The position numbers and the translations under genes were made by a program. Below, piece after piece: positions 1 to 7,801 of a stretch of 32,000 bases of DNA; positions within the stretch are counted from its first letter, which is position 1, and every line of letters starts with the position of its first letter. The notes beneath the pieces were generated by a model. That model did not search any database. It had not been told where the DNA came from and saw only the letters and a list, made by a program, of their open reading frames with translations. This DNA comes from Propionibacterium ruminifibrarum (lineage in GTDB: Bacteria > Actinomycetota > Actinomycetes > Propionibacteriales > Propionibacteriaceae), in contig NZ_OMOH01000003.1 in assembly GCF_900289195.1 (NCBI RefSeq), forward strand, positions 266,697-298,696, given 5' to 3'.

Positions 1-106
1 CGCCGCCGGCCATCGGCTCGGCGAGCCAGGCCAGGCCCAGCGCCTCCAGGCCAGTCGCGCCGGGGTAGTCGTCCTGCTTGCGGATCGTCGGGTTCGTCCT
101 GCTCAT
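1..106 (-). CDS. 5' end of a CDS running off the left edge; N-terminus resembles fructosamine/ketosamine kinase family proteins
   Basis: ATG at 106 (minus) is preceded by GGAAGGA. Translation is MSRTNPTIRKQDDYPGATGLEALGLAWLAEPMAGG. The EAxGLxWLAE segment is typical of actinobacterial fructosamine-kinase-like N-termini. Only 35 codons are visible, and the ORF is absent from the track because it is truncated. Confidence 0.4.
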   Translation of the reverse strand, partial: MSRTNPTIRKQDDYPGATGLEALGLAWLAEPMAGG

Positions 107-284
107 GACAGCATCCTTCCACGCGGCCGGCCCTCCGCCGGGTCACGGCAGCGCCGGGCAGGCCCCGCCGGACGCGGCCGGCCGGGGGAGCGGCGACCGG
201 CGCCCCGATGATGGACGTCCCGGCGAGGACGGCCGCGCAGCTGTGCGACCATGGGGCCGAGAACCCACCCGGCAGGAGAGACAC

Positions 285-797
285 GTGAGTACACCCCAGC
301 AGCCGACTCCCGAGGAACGTTTCGAGCGGGCCGTCAAGGGCCTGAGTGAGCTGCCCCCGACCGGCGCCGTCACCTTCCGCGGCATCACGAGCCCCCAGGG
401 CACCGCGTTCGGTGCCGTGGTGACCCGGGGCATCACCGCAACCAGCCGAGACCTCGTCGTCGCCACCGCCGGGCTGACCAGCCCGGGCCTCGCAGTCGTC
501 ATCGGACACACCGGGCGGGACGTTGCGCCGGTGTCCGCGGTCCGGGAGGCCCAGGAGGTGGCGCTGCTGCCCGGCACGGTGCTGTCCGTGGGCCGGTTCA
601 TCCAGGTCGCCGGGATCGACGTCGAGGTGATCGAGGAACTCACCCGCACCGAGGACGGCCGGTGGGCGACCAGCCTCGCCAACGAGGCGATCGAGGGCCT
701 GGCGAGCGTGGTCGCCACCACCCTCGCCAACGCCCAGGGCGTCCCGTGCCCCGTCGATGTCGACTACTGCCGGCGGTTCGCCGCCCCGCTCGCCTGA
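285..797 (+). CDS. 170-aa cytoplasmic protein with R-S-E type ADP-ribosyltransferase-like motifs (tentative)
   Basis: In-frame GTG at 285 lies 4 nt after AGGAGAG (274-280). The track's TTG start at 78 adds a Gly/Pro/Arg-rich leader that overlaps the divergent gene. Motifs: TFRG (R codon 378-380), GITATSRDLVVA (ATS 438-446) and GRDVAPVSAVREAQEVALLPGTVLSV (546-557 region). Confidence 0.45.
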   Translation: MSTPQQPTPEERFERAVKGLSELPPTGAVTFRGITSPQGTAFGAVVTRGITATSRDLVVATAGLTSPGLAVVIGHTGRDVAPVSAVREAQEVALLPGTVLSVGRFIQVAGIDVEVIEELTRTEDGRWATSLANEAIEGLASVVATTLANAQGVPCPVDVDYCRRFAAPLA

Positions 798-971
798 TTC
801 CTGGTGGGTGATGACCCGTCTGCCCTCAACGCGGGGCTCAATCCTGCGGTTCTCGTGTGTCATTCCACGAGAGCCGCAGGACCAATCCGCTGGGCGGCCC
901 AGGACGCCGGCCGTCTCCGAGGCGGGTCGTCCGCTCGGGTCTCACCGCTGGTCCGTGCAAGGATATGGGGC

Positions 972-2411
972 ATGGCCCAAGAGCACTTCGACATCTGCAT
1001 CATCGGTTCAGGGTCGGGCAACTCGATCATCGACGAACAGTTCGACGACAAGGCGATCGCCCTCGTCGACCGCGGTGTCGGCGAGGACCTGTGGTTCGGC
1101 GGAACCTGCCTGAACGCGGGGTGCATCCCCACGAAGATGATGGCGGCGCCCGCCACCATGGCCGCCACCGGCGAGCACGCCGGGCGGCTGAACGTGGACC
1201 TGCACGTGGACGGCGTCGACTTCGCCGCGCTCCAGCAGCGCGTCTTCGGCCGGACGAACGGCATCTCGCAGGCCGGGCTGGCCTGGCGCGAGTCCAACGA
1301 GAACGTCACCGTGCTGCGCGAGGCCGCCGCCTTCGTCGACGAGCACACCCTCCAGGTGGGCCGCCAGACGATCACCGCGGCCCAGTTCGTCATCGCCGCT
1401 GGGTCACGCACCCGGGTGCTGGACGTCCCGGGCCTGGACGACCCCGACCTGGCCGGCATGGTCCACACATCCGAGACGATCCTGCGCATCAAGCAACTGC
1501 CCGGGCGCCTGGTCATCGTCGGAGGCGGCGTCGAGGCCCTCGAGTTCGGCCACATCTTCACCTCCTTCGGATCCCGGGTCACGCTGGTCAACCGCTCCGA
1601 CCGGCTGCTGCGCAAGATCGACGAGGAACTCGCCCGGCGCGCCACCGAACTGGCCGCCCAGCGCTTCTCGGTGCGCCTCAACCAGGAACTCTCCTCCGTC
1701 GAGCCGGCCAAACGCGGCGGCCTGCTGCTGCGCTTCACCGACCCCTCCGGCACCGAGTACCGCTACAACGCCGACGCCCTGCTCCTCGTCCCCGGCAGGG
1801 TGCCCAACGGCGACCAGCTCAACGTGACGGCCGCCGGCGTCGACGTCGACGCGGCGGGTTTCGTCGTCACCGACGAGTACCAGCGCACCAGCCGGCCGCA
1901 CATCTGGGCCCTCGGCGACGTCTGCGACCCCCACATGCTCAAGCACGTGGCAAACGCCGAGGCCCGCACCGTGCAGCACAACCTGCTGCACCCCGACGAG
2001 CCGGTCACCCGCCCGACGGTGCCGGTGCCGCAGGCCGTCTTCACCCAGCCCCCGATCATGGTCGTCGGCGCCACCGAGCAGGCGCTGCGCGAGGCCGGAA
2101 CCGACTACGTCAAGGTCGTCCAGCCCTACGCCACGGTCGCCTACGGGTGGGCCCTCGAGGACGAGACGGGCTTCGTGAAACTGCTCGTCGACCCGGCCAC
2201 CGGCATGCTGCTGGGCGCCGGCGTCATCGGCCCCGAGGCCCCCGACCTCGGCCAGCTGCTCGTGACCGCGATGAGTTTCGGCATCGACGTCGGCACGATG
2301 GCCCGCGGACAGTACTGGGCCCACCCCGAACTCGCCGAGGTCGTCGAGAACGCCCTGCTGTCGGCGGCCGCCGAGTGCGACAGGCGCGCGGAACAGGAGG
2401 GGCGCTCATGA
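972..2411 (+). CDS. mtr: mycothione reductase (pyridine nucleotide-disulfide oxidoreductase)
   Basis: ATG at 972 with AAGGA 8 nt upstream. N-terminus HFDICIIGSGSGNSIIDEQFDDKAIALV...FGGTCLNAGCIPTKMM is the mycothione-reductase type FAD and redox-disulfide motif. About 479 aa. The track start at 804 is an upstream extension. Confidence 0.85.
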   Translation: MAQEHFDICIIGSGSGNSIIDEQFDDKAIALVDRGVGEDLWFGGTCLNAGCIPTKMMAAPATMAATGEHAGRLNVDLHVDGVDFAALQQRVFGRTNGISQAGLAWRESNENVTVLREAAAFVDEHTLQVGRQTITAAQFVIAAGSRTRVLDVPGLDDPDLAGMVHTSETILRIKQLPGRLVIVGGGVEALEFGHIFTSFGSRVTLVNRSDRLLRKIDEELARRATELAAQRFSVRLNQELSSVEPAKRGGLLLRFTDPSGTEYRYNADALLLVPGRVPNGDQLNVTAAGVDVDAAGFVVTDEYQRTSRPHIWALGDVCDPHMLKHVANAEARTVQHNLLHPDEPVTRPTVPVPQAVFTQPPIMVVGATEQALREAGTDYVKVVQPYATVAYGWALEDETGFVKLLVDPATGMLLGAGVIGPEAPDLGQLLVTAMSFGIDVGTMARGQYWAHPELAEVVENALLSAAAECDRRAEQEGRS

Positions 2412-3658
2412 GTGACAGGATCAGCGCGCACCGCCCCGCACCACGCCGCGGGCGCCCCCGCGGCGTCACCGGCATCGTCGGGGCGACGCTGCTGGCCATG
2501 GCCGTCGCAGGCTGCTCGATGGGCCCCTGGGGTTCCGGCAGCGGACCGTCCCAGCCCTCCTCGACAGCCGGTTCGTCCGGCCCCGCCTCCAGCAGGCCCC
2601 GGTCGTCGACGGGCGAGCAAGGCCCGGACTCGCCCGTGGGGGCCTGCGCGGACGCGGCCGCCGGGATGAGCCTGTCCGCCCAGGTTCAGACGCTCTACAT
2701 GGGCGCCGTCACGCAGAGCAGCCCCGGCGCCGGCGCCAACGAGCTGGGCCAGCAGATGGTGGGCTCGGTGATCCTCGTCGCCAGCCCCACCTCGATGAGC
2801 GCTGCCAAGAACCTCACCGACGCCCTGCACAGGCAGGACCCGGAGGCCCTCATCGCGGTCGACCAGGAGGGCGGCGAGGTGGCGCACCTGAGCGGCAACG
2901 GGTTCACCCCGATCCCGTCGGCCGCCGAACAGGCCGCGCTGCCCGTCGAGCAGATCACCGAGAACTGGACCACCTGGGCCGGTGAGCTCGGGCAGGCCGG
3001 CATCAACTACGACCTCGCGCCCGTCGCCGACGTCGTCGCCCCCGAGATGACCGCCAGGAACCAGCCGATCGGTCTGCTCGGCCGCGGCTACGGGCAGACG
3101 CCCAAGGACGTCACCGCCAACGCGGGCGCGGCCCTCACCGGAATGCGCAACGCGAACATCCTCACGAGCATCAAGCACTTCCCGGGCCTGGGCGACGTCA
3201 CCGAGAACACCGACTTCGCCGTGGCCATCGACACCACGACCACCACCGACAGCGACACGGTCAAGGTGTTCGCCGACCTGGCGGGAAACGCCGACTCGGT
3301 CATGGTCAGCTCGGCGATCTACCAGCAGATCGACCCCGACAACCCGGCGGTCTTCTCGTCCACGATCGTCACCGGAATGCTGCGCGAGCAGCTCGGCTAC
3401 CAGGGCGTCATCATCTCCGACGACCTCGGCTCCGCGGTGGCGCTCGAGAGCTACGAGGTCGCCGAGCGCGGCACGCTCTTCCTGCGGGCCGGCGGCGACC
3501 TGGCGCTCGACGTCGACCCGTCCACCGTCAACGACATGGTGCGCAACACGCTCGACGCCGCCCAGTCCGACGAGGAGTTCGCCGCCCAGATCACCGACAA
3601 GGCGGCGCGCGTGCTGGCCCTGAAGGAGCAGGCCGGCGTCTACAGCTGCAGCGGCTGA
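2408..3658 (+). CDS. glycoside hydrolase family 3 (NagZ/LpqI-like beta-N-acetylhexosaminidase) lipoprotein
   Basis: ATG at 2408 overlaps the mtr stop (ATGA). Signal peptide with lipobox LAMAVAGC. GH3 N-domain motifs KHFPGLGDVTENTD and GVIISDDLG. It is embedded in the 933-aa track ORF 857..3658, whose N-terminal 517 codons are a shadow frame of mtr. Confidence 0.85.
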   Translation: MSDRISAHRPAPRRGRPRGVTGIVGATLLAMAVAGCSMGPWGSGSGPSQPSSTAGSSGPASSRPRSSTGEQGPDSPVGACADAAAGMSLSAQVQTLYMGAVTQSSPGAGANELGQQMVGSVILVASPTSMSAAKNLTDALHRQDPEALIAVDQEGGEVAHLSGNGFTPIPSAAEQAALPVEQITENWTTWAGELGQAGINYDLAPVADVVAPEMTARNQPIGLLGRGYGQTPKDVTANAGAALTGMRNANILTSIKHFPGLGDVTENTDFAVAIDTTTTTDSDTVKVFADLAGNADSVMVSSAIYQQIDPDNPAVFSSTIVTGMLREQLGYQGVIISDDLGSAVALESYEVAERGTLFLRAGGDLALDVDPSTVNDMVRNTLDAAQSDEEFAAQITDKAARVLALKEQAGVYSCSG

Positions 3659-3754
3659 CCGGGCCCCGGGCGGCCCAGCGCGGTACCGACGGCCGGCGGG
3701 TTCACGGGCCCGCGGCCCGATCGTGCCGGGCGGCCGGACGCCCCGCCGTCTGTT

Positions 3755-4002
3755 CCCGTGGGCGGGTGTCCTCACGGGTGATGCCGGAGGACGGGGCGAG
3801 TTCCCGCACCGTGGGCCGGGGCCGCGGGTCCTCTCCAGCCCCGTCGAGCCAGTCGCAGCATCCTCGTCCCCGTGGGCCGGGGCCGCGGTTGTGGCTCAAT
3901 CGTGTCCACCTGGTTCCCCTCCCCGTCCCCGTGGGCCAGGGTTGTGGCCCGCCAACCCGCCGGGCTGCCACTCGTGAGTCCCGGTGGGCCGGGGGTTCTG
4001 CG
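3755..4002. repeat. five degenerate direct repeats of a GC-rich motif (core TCCCCGTGGGCCGGGG) at 53-61 bp spacing
   Basis: The core (C/G)GTGGGC occurs at 3757, 3810, 3871, 3930 and 3983. Copies 2 and 3 share CCGTGGGCCGGGGCCGCGG. Copies 3 and 4 share GTCCCCGTGGGCC and GGTTGTGGC. The core can fold as CCCCG-TGGGC-CGGGG. Confidence 0.55.
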
Positions 4003-4029
4003 CCTCTCGTGCGGCTGCTAACGTTCACC

Positions 4030-4102
4030 GTGACACGGGGTGCCTAAGGCTGAGATCACACCCGTTGAACCTGTCCAGTTAGTACTGACGAAGGGATGTC
4101 GC
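4030..4102 (+). promoter_or_regulatory. TPP (THI-box) riboswitch
   Basis: ACGGGGTGCCTAAGGCTGAGATCACACCCGTTGAACCTGTCCAGTTAGTACTGACGAAGGGA matches the conserved GGGGUGC, CUGAGA, ACCC and GAACCUG blocks. P1 pairs GUGACA (4030-4035) with UGUCGC (4097-4102), directly abutting the thiM ATG. The GAAGGGA Shine-Dalgarno (4090-4096) lies inside the aptamer's 3' side. Confidence 0.9.
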
Positions 4103-4906
4103 ATGGCTGCTCACGCGACCGCACGCACCGTTCTCGACCGGCTGAGGGCCTCCACCCCTCTCATCGGATGCATCACCAACTCGGTCGTCACCAATTTCAC
4201 CGCCAACGTCCTGCTCGCCCTCGGGGCCGCCCCGGCCATGGTCGACATCGCCGGCGAGACCGGGCCGTTCGCCGCCGCCGCCGACGGCCAGCTCATCAAC
4301 GTCGGCACCCCCACCCCCGAGCAGCGCCTCGCATCCGTCGAGGCCGCCGACGCCGCGAACCGGGCAGGCACCCCATGGGTCCTCGACCCGGTGGCCATCG
4401 GCACGCTCGTGCACCGCACGGCCCTGGCCCACGAACTGGTCGCCAGACGCCCCGCCTGCGTGCGCGGCAACGCCTCGGAGATCATCGCGCTGGCCGGCTC
4501 GGGCGGCGGGGGCCGGGGCGTGGAGAGCGCCGACGACGTCGACTCCGCGCTCGACGCGGCCCGCTCCCTCGCCGAGCGCTTCGGCGCCGTCGTGGCCGTC
4601 TCCGGCCCGTCCGACGCCATCGTCACGGGCGACCGCGTGACACGCGTCGGCGGCGGCTCGGCGATGCTCACCCTCGTCACCGGCGGCGGCTGCGCCCTCG
4701 GCGCCGTCATCGCGGCCTTCCTCGCGGCGGGCCGTGCCGCGGGCGTCAGCGACGCCGACGCGGTCGTGTCCTGCCATGTCGCGTACTCGGCCGCCGCCGA
4801 GATCGCCGCCGAGAACTCCTCCGGCCCCGGCTCCTTCCAGCCGGCCTTCCTCGACGCCCTCCACCACCTGGACGGCTCCGACCTCGAGCGGATCGGGCTG
4901 TCATGA
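4103..4906 (+). CDS. thiM: hydroxyethylthiazole kinase
   Basis: ATG at 4103 directly after the riboswitch. [29 protein letters not shown] is the ThiM signature region. The track start at 4040 lies inside the riboswitch. Confidence 0.9.
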   Translation: MAAHATARTVLDRLRASTPLIGCITNSVVTNFTANVLLALGAAPAMVDIAGETGPFAAAADGQLINVGTPTPEQRLASVEAADAANRAGTPWVLDPVAIGTLVHRTALAHELVARRPACVRGNASEIIALAGSGGGGRGVESADDVDSALDAARSLAERFGAVVAVSGPSDAIVTGDRVTRVGGGSAMLTLVTGGGCALGAVIAAFLAAGRAAGVSDADAVVSCHVAYSAAAEIAAENSSGPGSFQPAFLDALHHLDGSDLERIGLS

Positions 4907-5562
4907 GACCCGCACCCGATCTGAGGCTGTACCTGGTCACCGACGAGCCCCAGTGCGCCTCGGCCGGGCGCAGCGTCCTGCAGACGGTCGTCGCGGCCGT
5001 CGACGGCGGCGTCACCTGCGTGCAGCTGAGGGCCAAGGACACCGACGGCGGGCCGTTCCTCGCCCAGGTGCTCGAGGTCAGCCGCGCCGTCGGCGACCGC
5101 GTGCCCGTCATCGTCAACGACCGGGTCGACGTCTTCCTGGCCGCCCGCGAACTCGGAGCCGCCGTGGCCGGCGTCCACATCGGCCAGTCCGACCTGCCCG
5201 CGCCCCTCGTCCGCGCCCTCATCGGCGACGACGCATTCCTCGGCCTGTCGGCCAGCACCGACTCCGAGATCATCGCGGCGCAGGCCGAGGGCGCCTGCGA
5301 CCACCTCGGCATCGGGGCGGTGCACGACACCGCGACGAAGACCGACGCGCCGGGCGGGCTCGGCGTCGCCGGCGTGGCCCGGGCCGCGTCCCTCGTCGGG
5401 CTGCCCGCCGTGGCCATCGGCGGGGTCAAGGTGCCCGACATGGCCCCGCTGGCCGCCGCCGGCCTGGACGGCGGGGCCGTCGTCTCTGCGATCTGCTGCG
5501 CGCCCGACCCCCGCCGGGCCGCCGCCGAACTGCTCGCCGCCTGGACGGATGGCCTGCGATGA
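4903..5562 (+). CDS. thiE: thiamine-phosphate synthase
   Basis: ATGA overlap with the thiM stop. LYLVTD...VQLRAKD...VNDRVDV...HIGQSD...GIGAV...TKTDA...AIGGV are ThiE motifs. Confidence 0.9.
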   Translation: MRPAPDLRLYLVTDEPQCASAGRSVLQTVVAAVDGGVTCVQLRAKDTDGGPFLAQVLEVSRAVGDRVPVIVNDRVDVFLAARELGAAVAGVHIGQSDLPAPLVRALIGDDAFLGLSASTDSEIIAAQAEGACDHLGIGAVHDTATKTDAPGGLGVAGVARAASLVGLPAVAIGGVKVPDMAPLAAAGLDGGAVVSAICCAPDPRRAAAELLAAWTDGLR

Positions 5563-6371
5563 TCGTCACCGCGCTGTCCATCGCCGGTTCCGACCCCAGC
5601 GGCGGGGCCGGCATCCAGGCCGACCTGAAGTCCTTCAGCGCCAACGGCGCCTACGGCATGTGCGTCCTCACCTCGCTGCCAGCCCAGTCCACCCTCGGCG
5701 TGCGGAGCGTCTTCGTGGTGCCCGTCGACGTCGTCCGCGACCAGCTCGACACCCTGCTCGACGACATCACCCCGGACGCCACCAAGATCGGCATGCTCGC
5801 CACCGCCGAACTCGCCCGGGCCGTCGGGCGGTACCTGCCGCGGCTGACCAGCACGGTCCTCGACCCGGTCATGGTCGCCACCAGCGGCGACCGGCTGCTG
5901 GACGCCGACGCCGTCGACGAGGTGCGCCGCCTGTGCACCATGGTCGACCTCATCACCCCGAACCTGCCGGAGGCCGCGGTCCTGCTCGGGCGCCAGCCGG
6001 CCACCAGTGTCGACGAACTCGTCGAGCAGGCCGTGGCCCTGCGCGGTCTCGGCGTGCGCCGGGTCCTCGTCAAGGGCGGGCACCTCGACCGGGACGCCAC
6101 CGACGTCTACGTCGACGAGGACGGCCCGGTCCTGCTGCGCGGGCGACGCATCGACACCGCCAACACGCACGGCACCGGCTGCACGCTGTCCTCGGCCATC
6201 GCCGCGCTGCGGCCCCGCTGCGACAGCTGGCCGGAGGCCGTGCGGCAGGCGAAGGAGTACCTGACGGCCGCCCTCGCCGCCGCCGACGAGCTGCGGATCG
6301 GCCACGGCCACGGCCCCGTCCACCACTTCCACGCGTACTGGCCGAGGGAGGACGACCGTGAGCTTCACTGA
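5559..6371 (+). CDS. thiD: hydroxymethylpyrimidine/phosphomethylpyrimidine kinase
   Basis: ATGA overlap with the thiE stop. N-terminus [24 protein letters not shown], and later NTHGTGCTLSSAIAA. Confidence 0.9.
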   Translation: MIVTALSIAGSDPSGGAGIQADLKSFSANGAYGMCVLTSLPAQSTLGVRSVFVVPVDVVRDQLDTLLDDITPDATKIGMLATAELARAVGRYLPRLTSTVLDPVMVATSGDRLLDADAVDEVRRLCTMVDLITPNLPEAAVLLGRQPATSVDELVEQAVALRGLGVRRVLVKGGHLDRDATDVYVDEDGPVLLRGRRIDTANTHGTGCTLSSAIAALRPRCDSWPEAVRQAKEYLTAALAAADELRIGHGHGPVHHFHAYWPREDDRELH

Positions 6372-7032
6372 CGACCTGTGGCGGTGGACCGGACCGATCC
6401 GCGCGGCGATCGACGAGCTGCCCTTCGTCAGGGCCCTTGCGGACGGCACCCTGCCGCGTGAACGTTTCGACTACTACATGGGCCAGGACGCGCTCTACCT
6501 GGGTCAGTACGCCCGCGCCCTGGCGGGGGCCGCCGCCCTGGCCGACGATCCCGCGGAACTCGTCTTCTGGGCCGAGGGCGCCCGCGACTCGATCGTCGTG
6601 GAGCGGGCCCTGCACGCCCAGTACGTCGATGTCGGATCCGGCGCCGAGCCCTCGCCCACCTGCCGGGCCTACACGTCGTTCCTGCTCGCACAGTCCGCCC
6701 GCGGCGAGTACGGGGTGCTGGCGGCCGCGGTGCTGCCGTGCTTCTGGATCTACCAGGACGTGGGCGCGCGACTCATCGCCACGGCCGGTGACCTGGCCTT
6801 GCACCCCTACGGCGACTGGATCGGCACCTACGCCGACCCGGCCTTCGCCGAGCAGACCCTGAGGGTGCGCGGCATCGTCGACCGGCTCGCCGGGCAGGGC
6901 GACGAGTCGCTGCGCGGTCGCATGGCCGCGGCCTACGAGCAGGCCAGCAGGTACGAGTGGATGTTCTGGGACGCCGCGTGGCGCATGGAGGGCTGGCCGG
7001 GTCCGGTCCGGGTCAGCCGAGCCGGCCGGTGA
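6358..7032 (+). CDS. tenA: aminopyrimidine aminohydrolase / thiaminase II
   Basis: GTG at 6358 overlaps the thiD end by 14 nt. Motifs [26 protein letters not shown], the catalytic-Cys region [14 protein letters not shown], and YEWMFWD. Confidence 0.85.
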   Translation: MSFTDDLWRWTGPIRAAIDELPFVRALADGTLPRERFDYYMGQDALYLGQYARALAGAAALADDPAELVFWAEGARDSIVVERALHAQYVDVGSGAEPSPTCRAYTSFLLAQSARGEYGVLAAAVLPCFWIYQDVGARLIATAGDLALHPYGDWIGTYADPAFAEQTLRVRGIVDRLAGQGDESLRGRMAAAYEQASRYEWMFWDAAWRMEGWPGPVRVSRAGR

Positions 7033-7795
7033 TGTAGTCCTCGGTCTGCTGGTGGCGGGGATTCGAGAAGAGTGTCGCGGTGTCGTCGTACTCCACCAGG
7101 CGGCCGGGGGTGCCGGGCCCGTCGGTGCTGAAGAACGCCGTGCGCTCACTGACCCGGGCCGCCTGACGCATGTTGTGAGTGACGATGACCACCGTGCGGT
7201 CCTCGCGCAGTCGCCCGATGAGTTCCTCGATGGTCTGGGTCGAGATGGGGTCGAGTGCCGAGCAGGGCTCGTCCAGCAGCAGCACCTCGGGTTCGACCGC
7301 GACGGCGCGGGCTATGCAGAGGCGGCGTTGCTGGCCGCCGGACAGGCCGGTGGCGGGCTCGTCCAGCCGCTCCCGGACCTCCTCCCACAGATTCGTGCCG
7401 CGCAGGCACGTCTCGACCACGGTGTCCGCCTCGGCCCGGCCGAGACGGCGGTTGGTCAGGTGGACCCCGGCCAGCACGTTGTCGCGGATCGACATGGTGG
7501 GGAAGGGGTTCGGCTGCTGGTAGACCATCCCGACGGTGCGGCGCACCCGCACCGGGTCGACCATGCGGCCGTAGATGTTGGTGCCGTCGAGCAGGACACG
7601 CCCCTCGACGCGGGCGTTCGGTATGACCTCGAGCATGCGGTTCATGGCGCGCAGCATCGTCGACTTGCCGCAGCCCGACGGCCCGATGAAGGCCGTCACC
7701 GAGCGCGGCTCGATCGTCATGCTCACGTCCTGCACGGCCGTCAGGGCGCCGTAGCGGGCGCTCAGATGCCTCAGTTCAACGCGACGGGCCATCAT
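7013..7795 (-). CDS. pstB: phosphate ABC transporter ATP-binding protein
   Basis: GPSGCGKST Walker [15 protein letters not shown] signature, [12 protein letters not shown] Walker B, PstB-type C-terminus EDYITGRLG. Tandem ATGs at 7795 and 7792 sit behind GAGGAG, which overlaps the upstream stop. The 3' end overlaps tenA by 20 nt (convergent). Confidence 0.9.
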   Translation of the reverse strand: MMARRVELRHLSARYGALTAVQDVSMTIEPRSVTAFIGPSGCGKSTMLRAMNRMLEVIPNARVEGRVLLDGTNIYGRMVDPVRVRRTVGMVYQQPNPFPTMSIRDNVLAGVHLTNRRLGRAEADTVVETCLRGTNLWEEVRERLDEPATGLSGGQQRRLCIARAVAVEPEVLLLDEPCSALDPISTQTIEELIGRLREDRTVVIVTHNMRQAARVSERTAFFSTDGPGTPGRLVEYDDTATLFSNPRHQQTEDYITGRLG

Positions 7796-7801
7796 TGCTC
7801 C

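Noticed and set aside
78-284. TTG start at 78 for the ART-like ORF
   Set aside because: It adds 69 Gly/Pro/Arg/Asp-rich residues that overlap the divergent gene's 5' end. GTG 285 has a proper AGGAGAG RBS.
857-2407. N-terminal 517 codons of the 933-aa track ORF 857..3658
   Set aside because: This is an Arg/Pro/Gly-rich shadow frame overlapping mtr on the same strand. The real gene (the GH3 lipoprotein) starts at ATG 2408 with a signal peptide and lipobox.
2141-3775. 544-aa minus-strand ORF antisense to the GH3 gene
   Set aside because: It has typical high-GC antisense shadow composition (Gly/Arg/Val/Asp-rich) and no recognisable motifs. The opposite strand carries a well-supported gene.
3755-4002. 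Interpretation of the periodic repeats as a functional CRISPR array
   Set aside because: The roughly 60-bp period and the palindromic core are suggestive. However, the five copies are too divergent, the spacing varies from 53 to 61 bp, there is no leader and there are no cas genes in the window. I kept it as an unexplained repeat instead.
4040-4102. Track start codon at 4040 for thiM
   Set aside because: These 21 codons lie inside the TPP riboswitch aptamer. ATG 4103 follows the P1 stem and the GAAGGGA Shine-Dalgarno.
4111-6449. Long minus-strand ORFs (4111..5325, 4746..6449) and plus-strand out-of-frame ORFs (4096..4902 part, 4734..5558 part, 5549..6361) across the thi operon
   Set aside because: All are Arg/Pro/Gly-rich low-complexity frames overlapping the clearly recognisable thiM, thiE, thiD and tenA reading frames.
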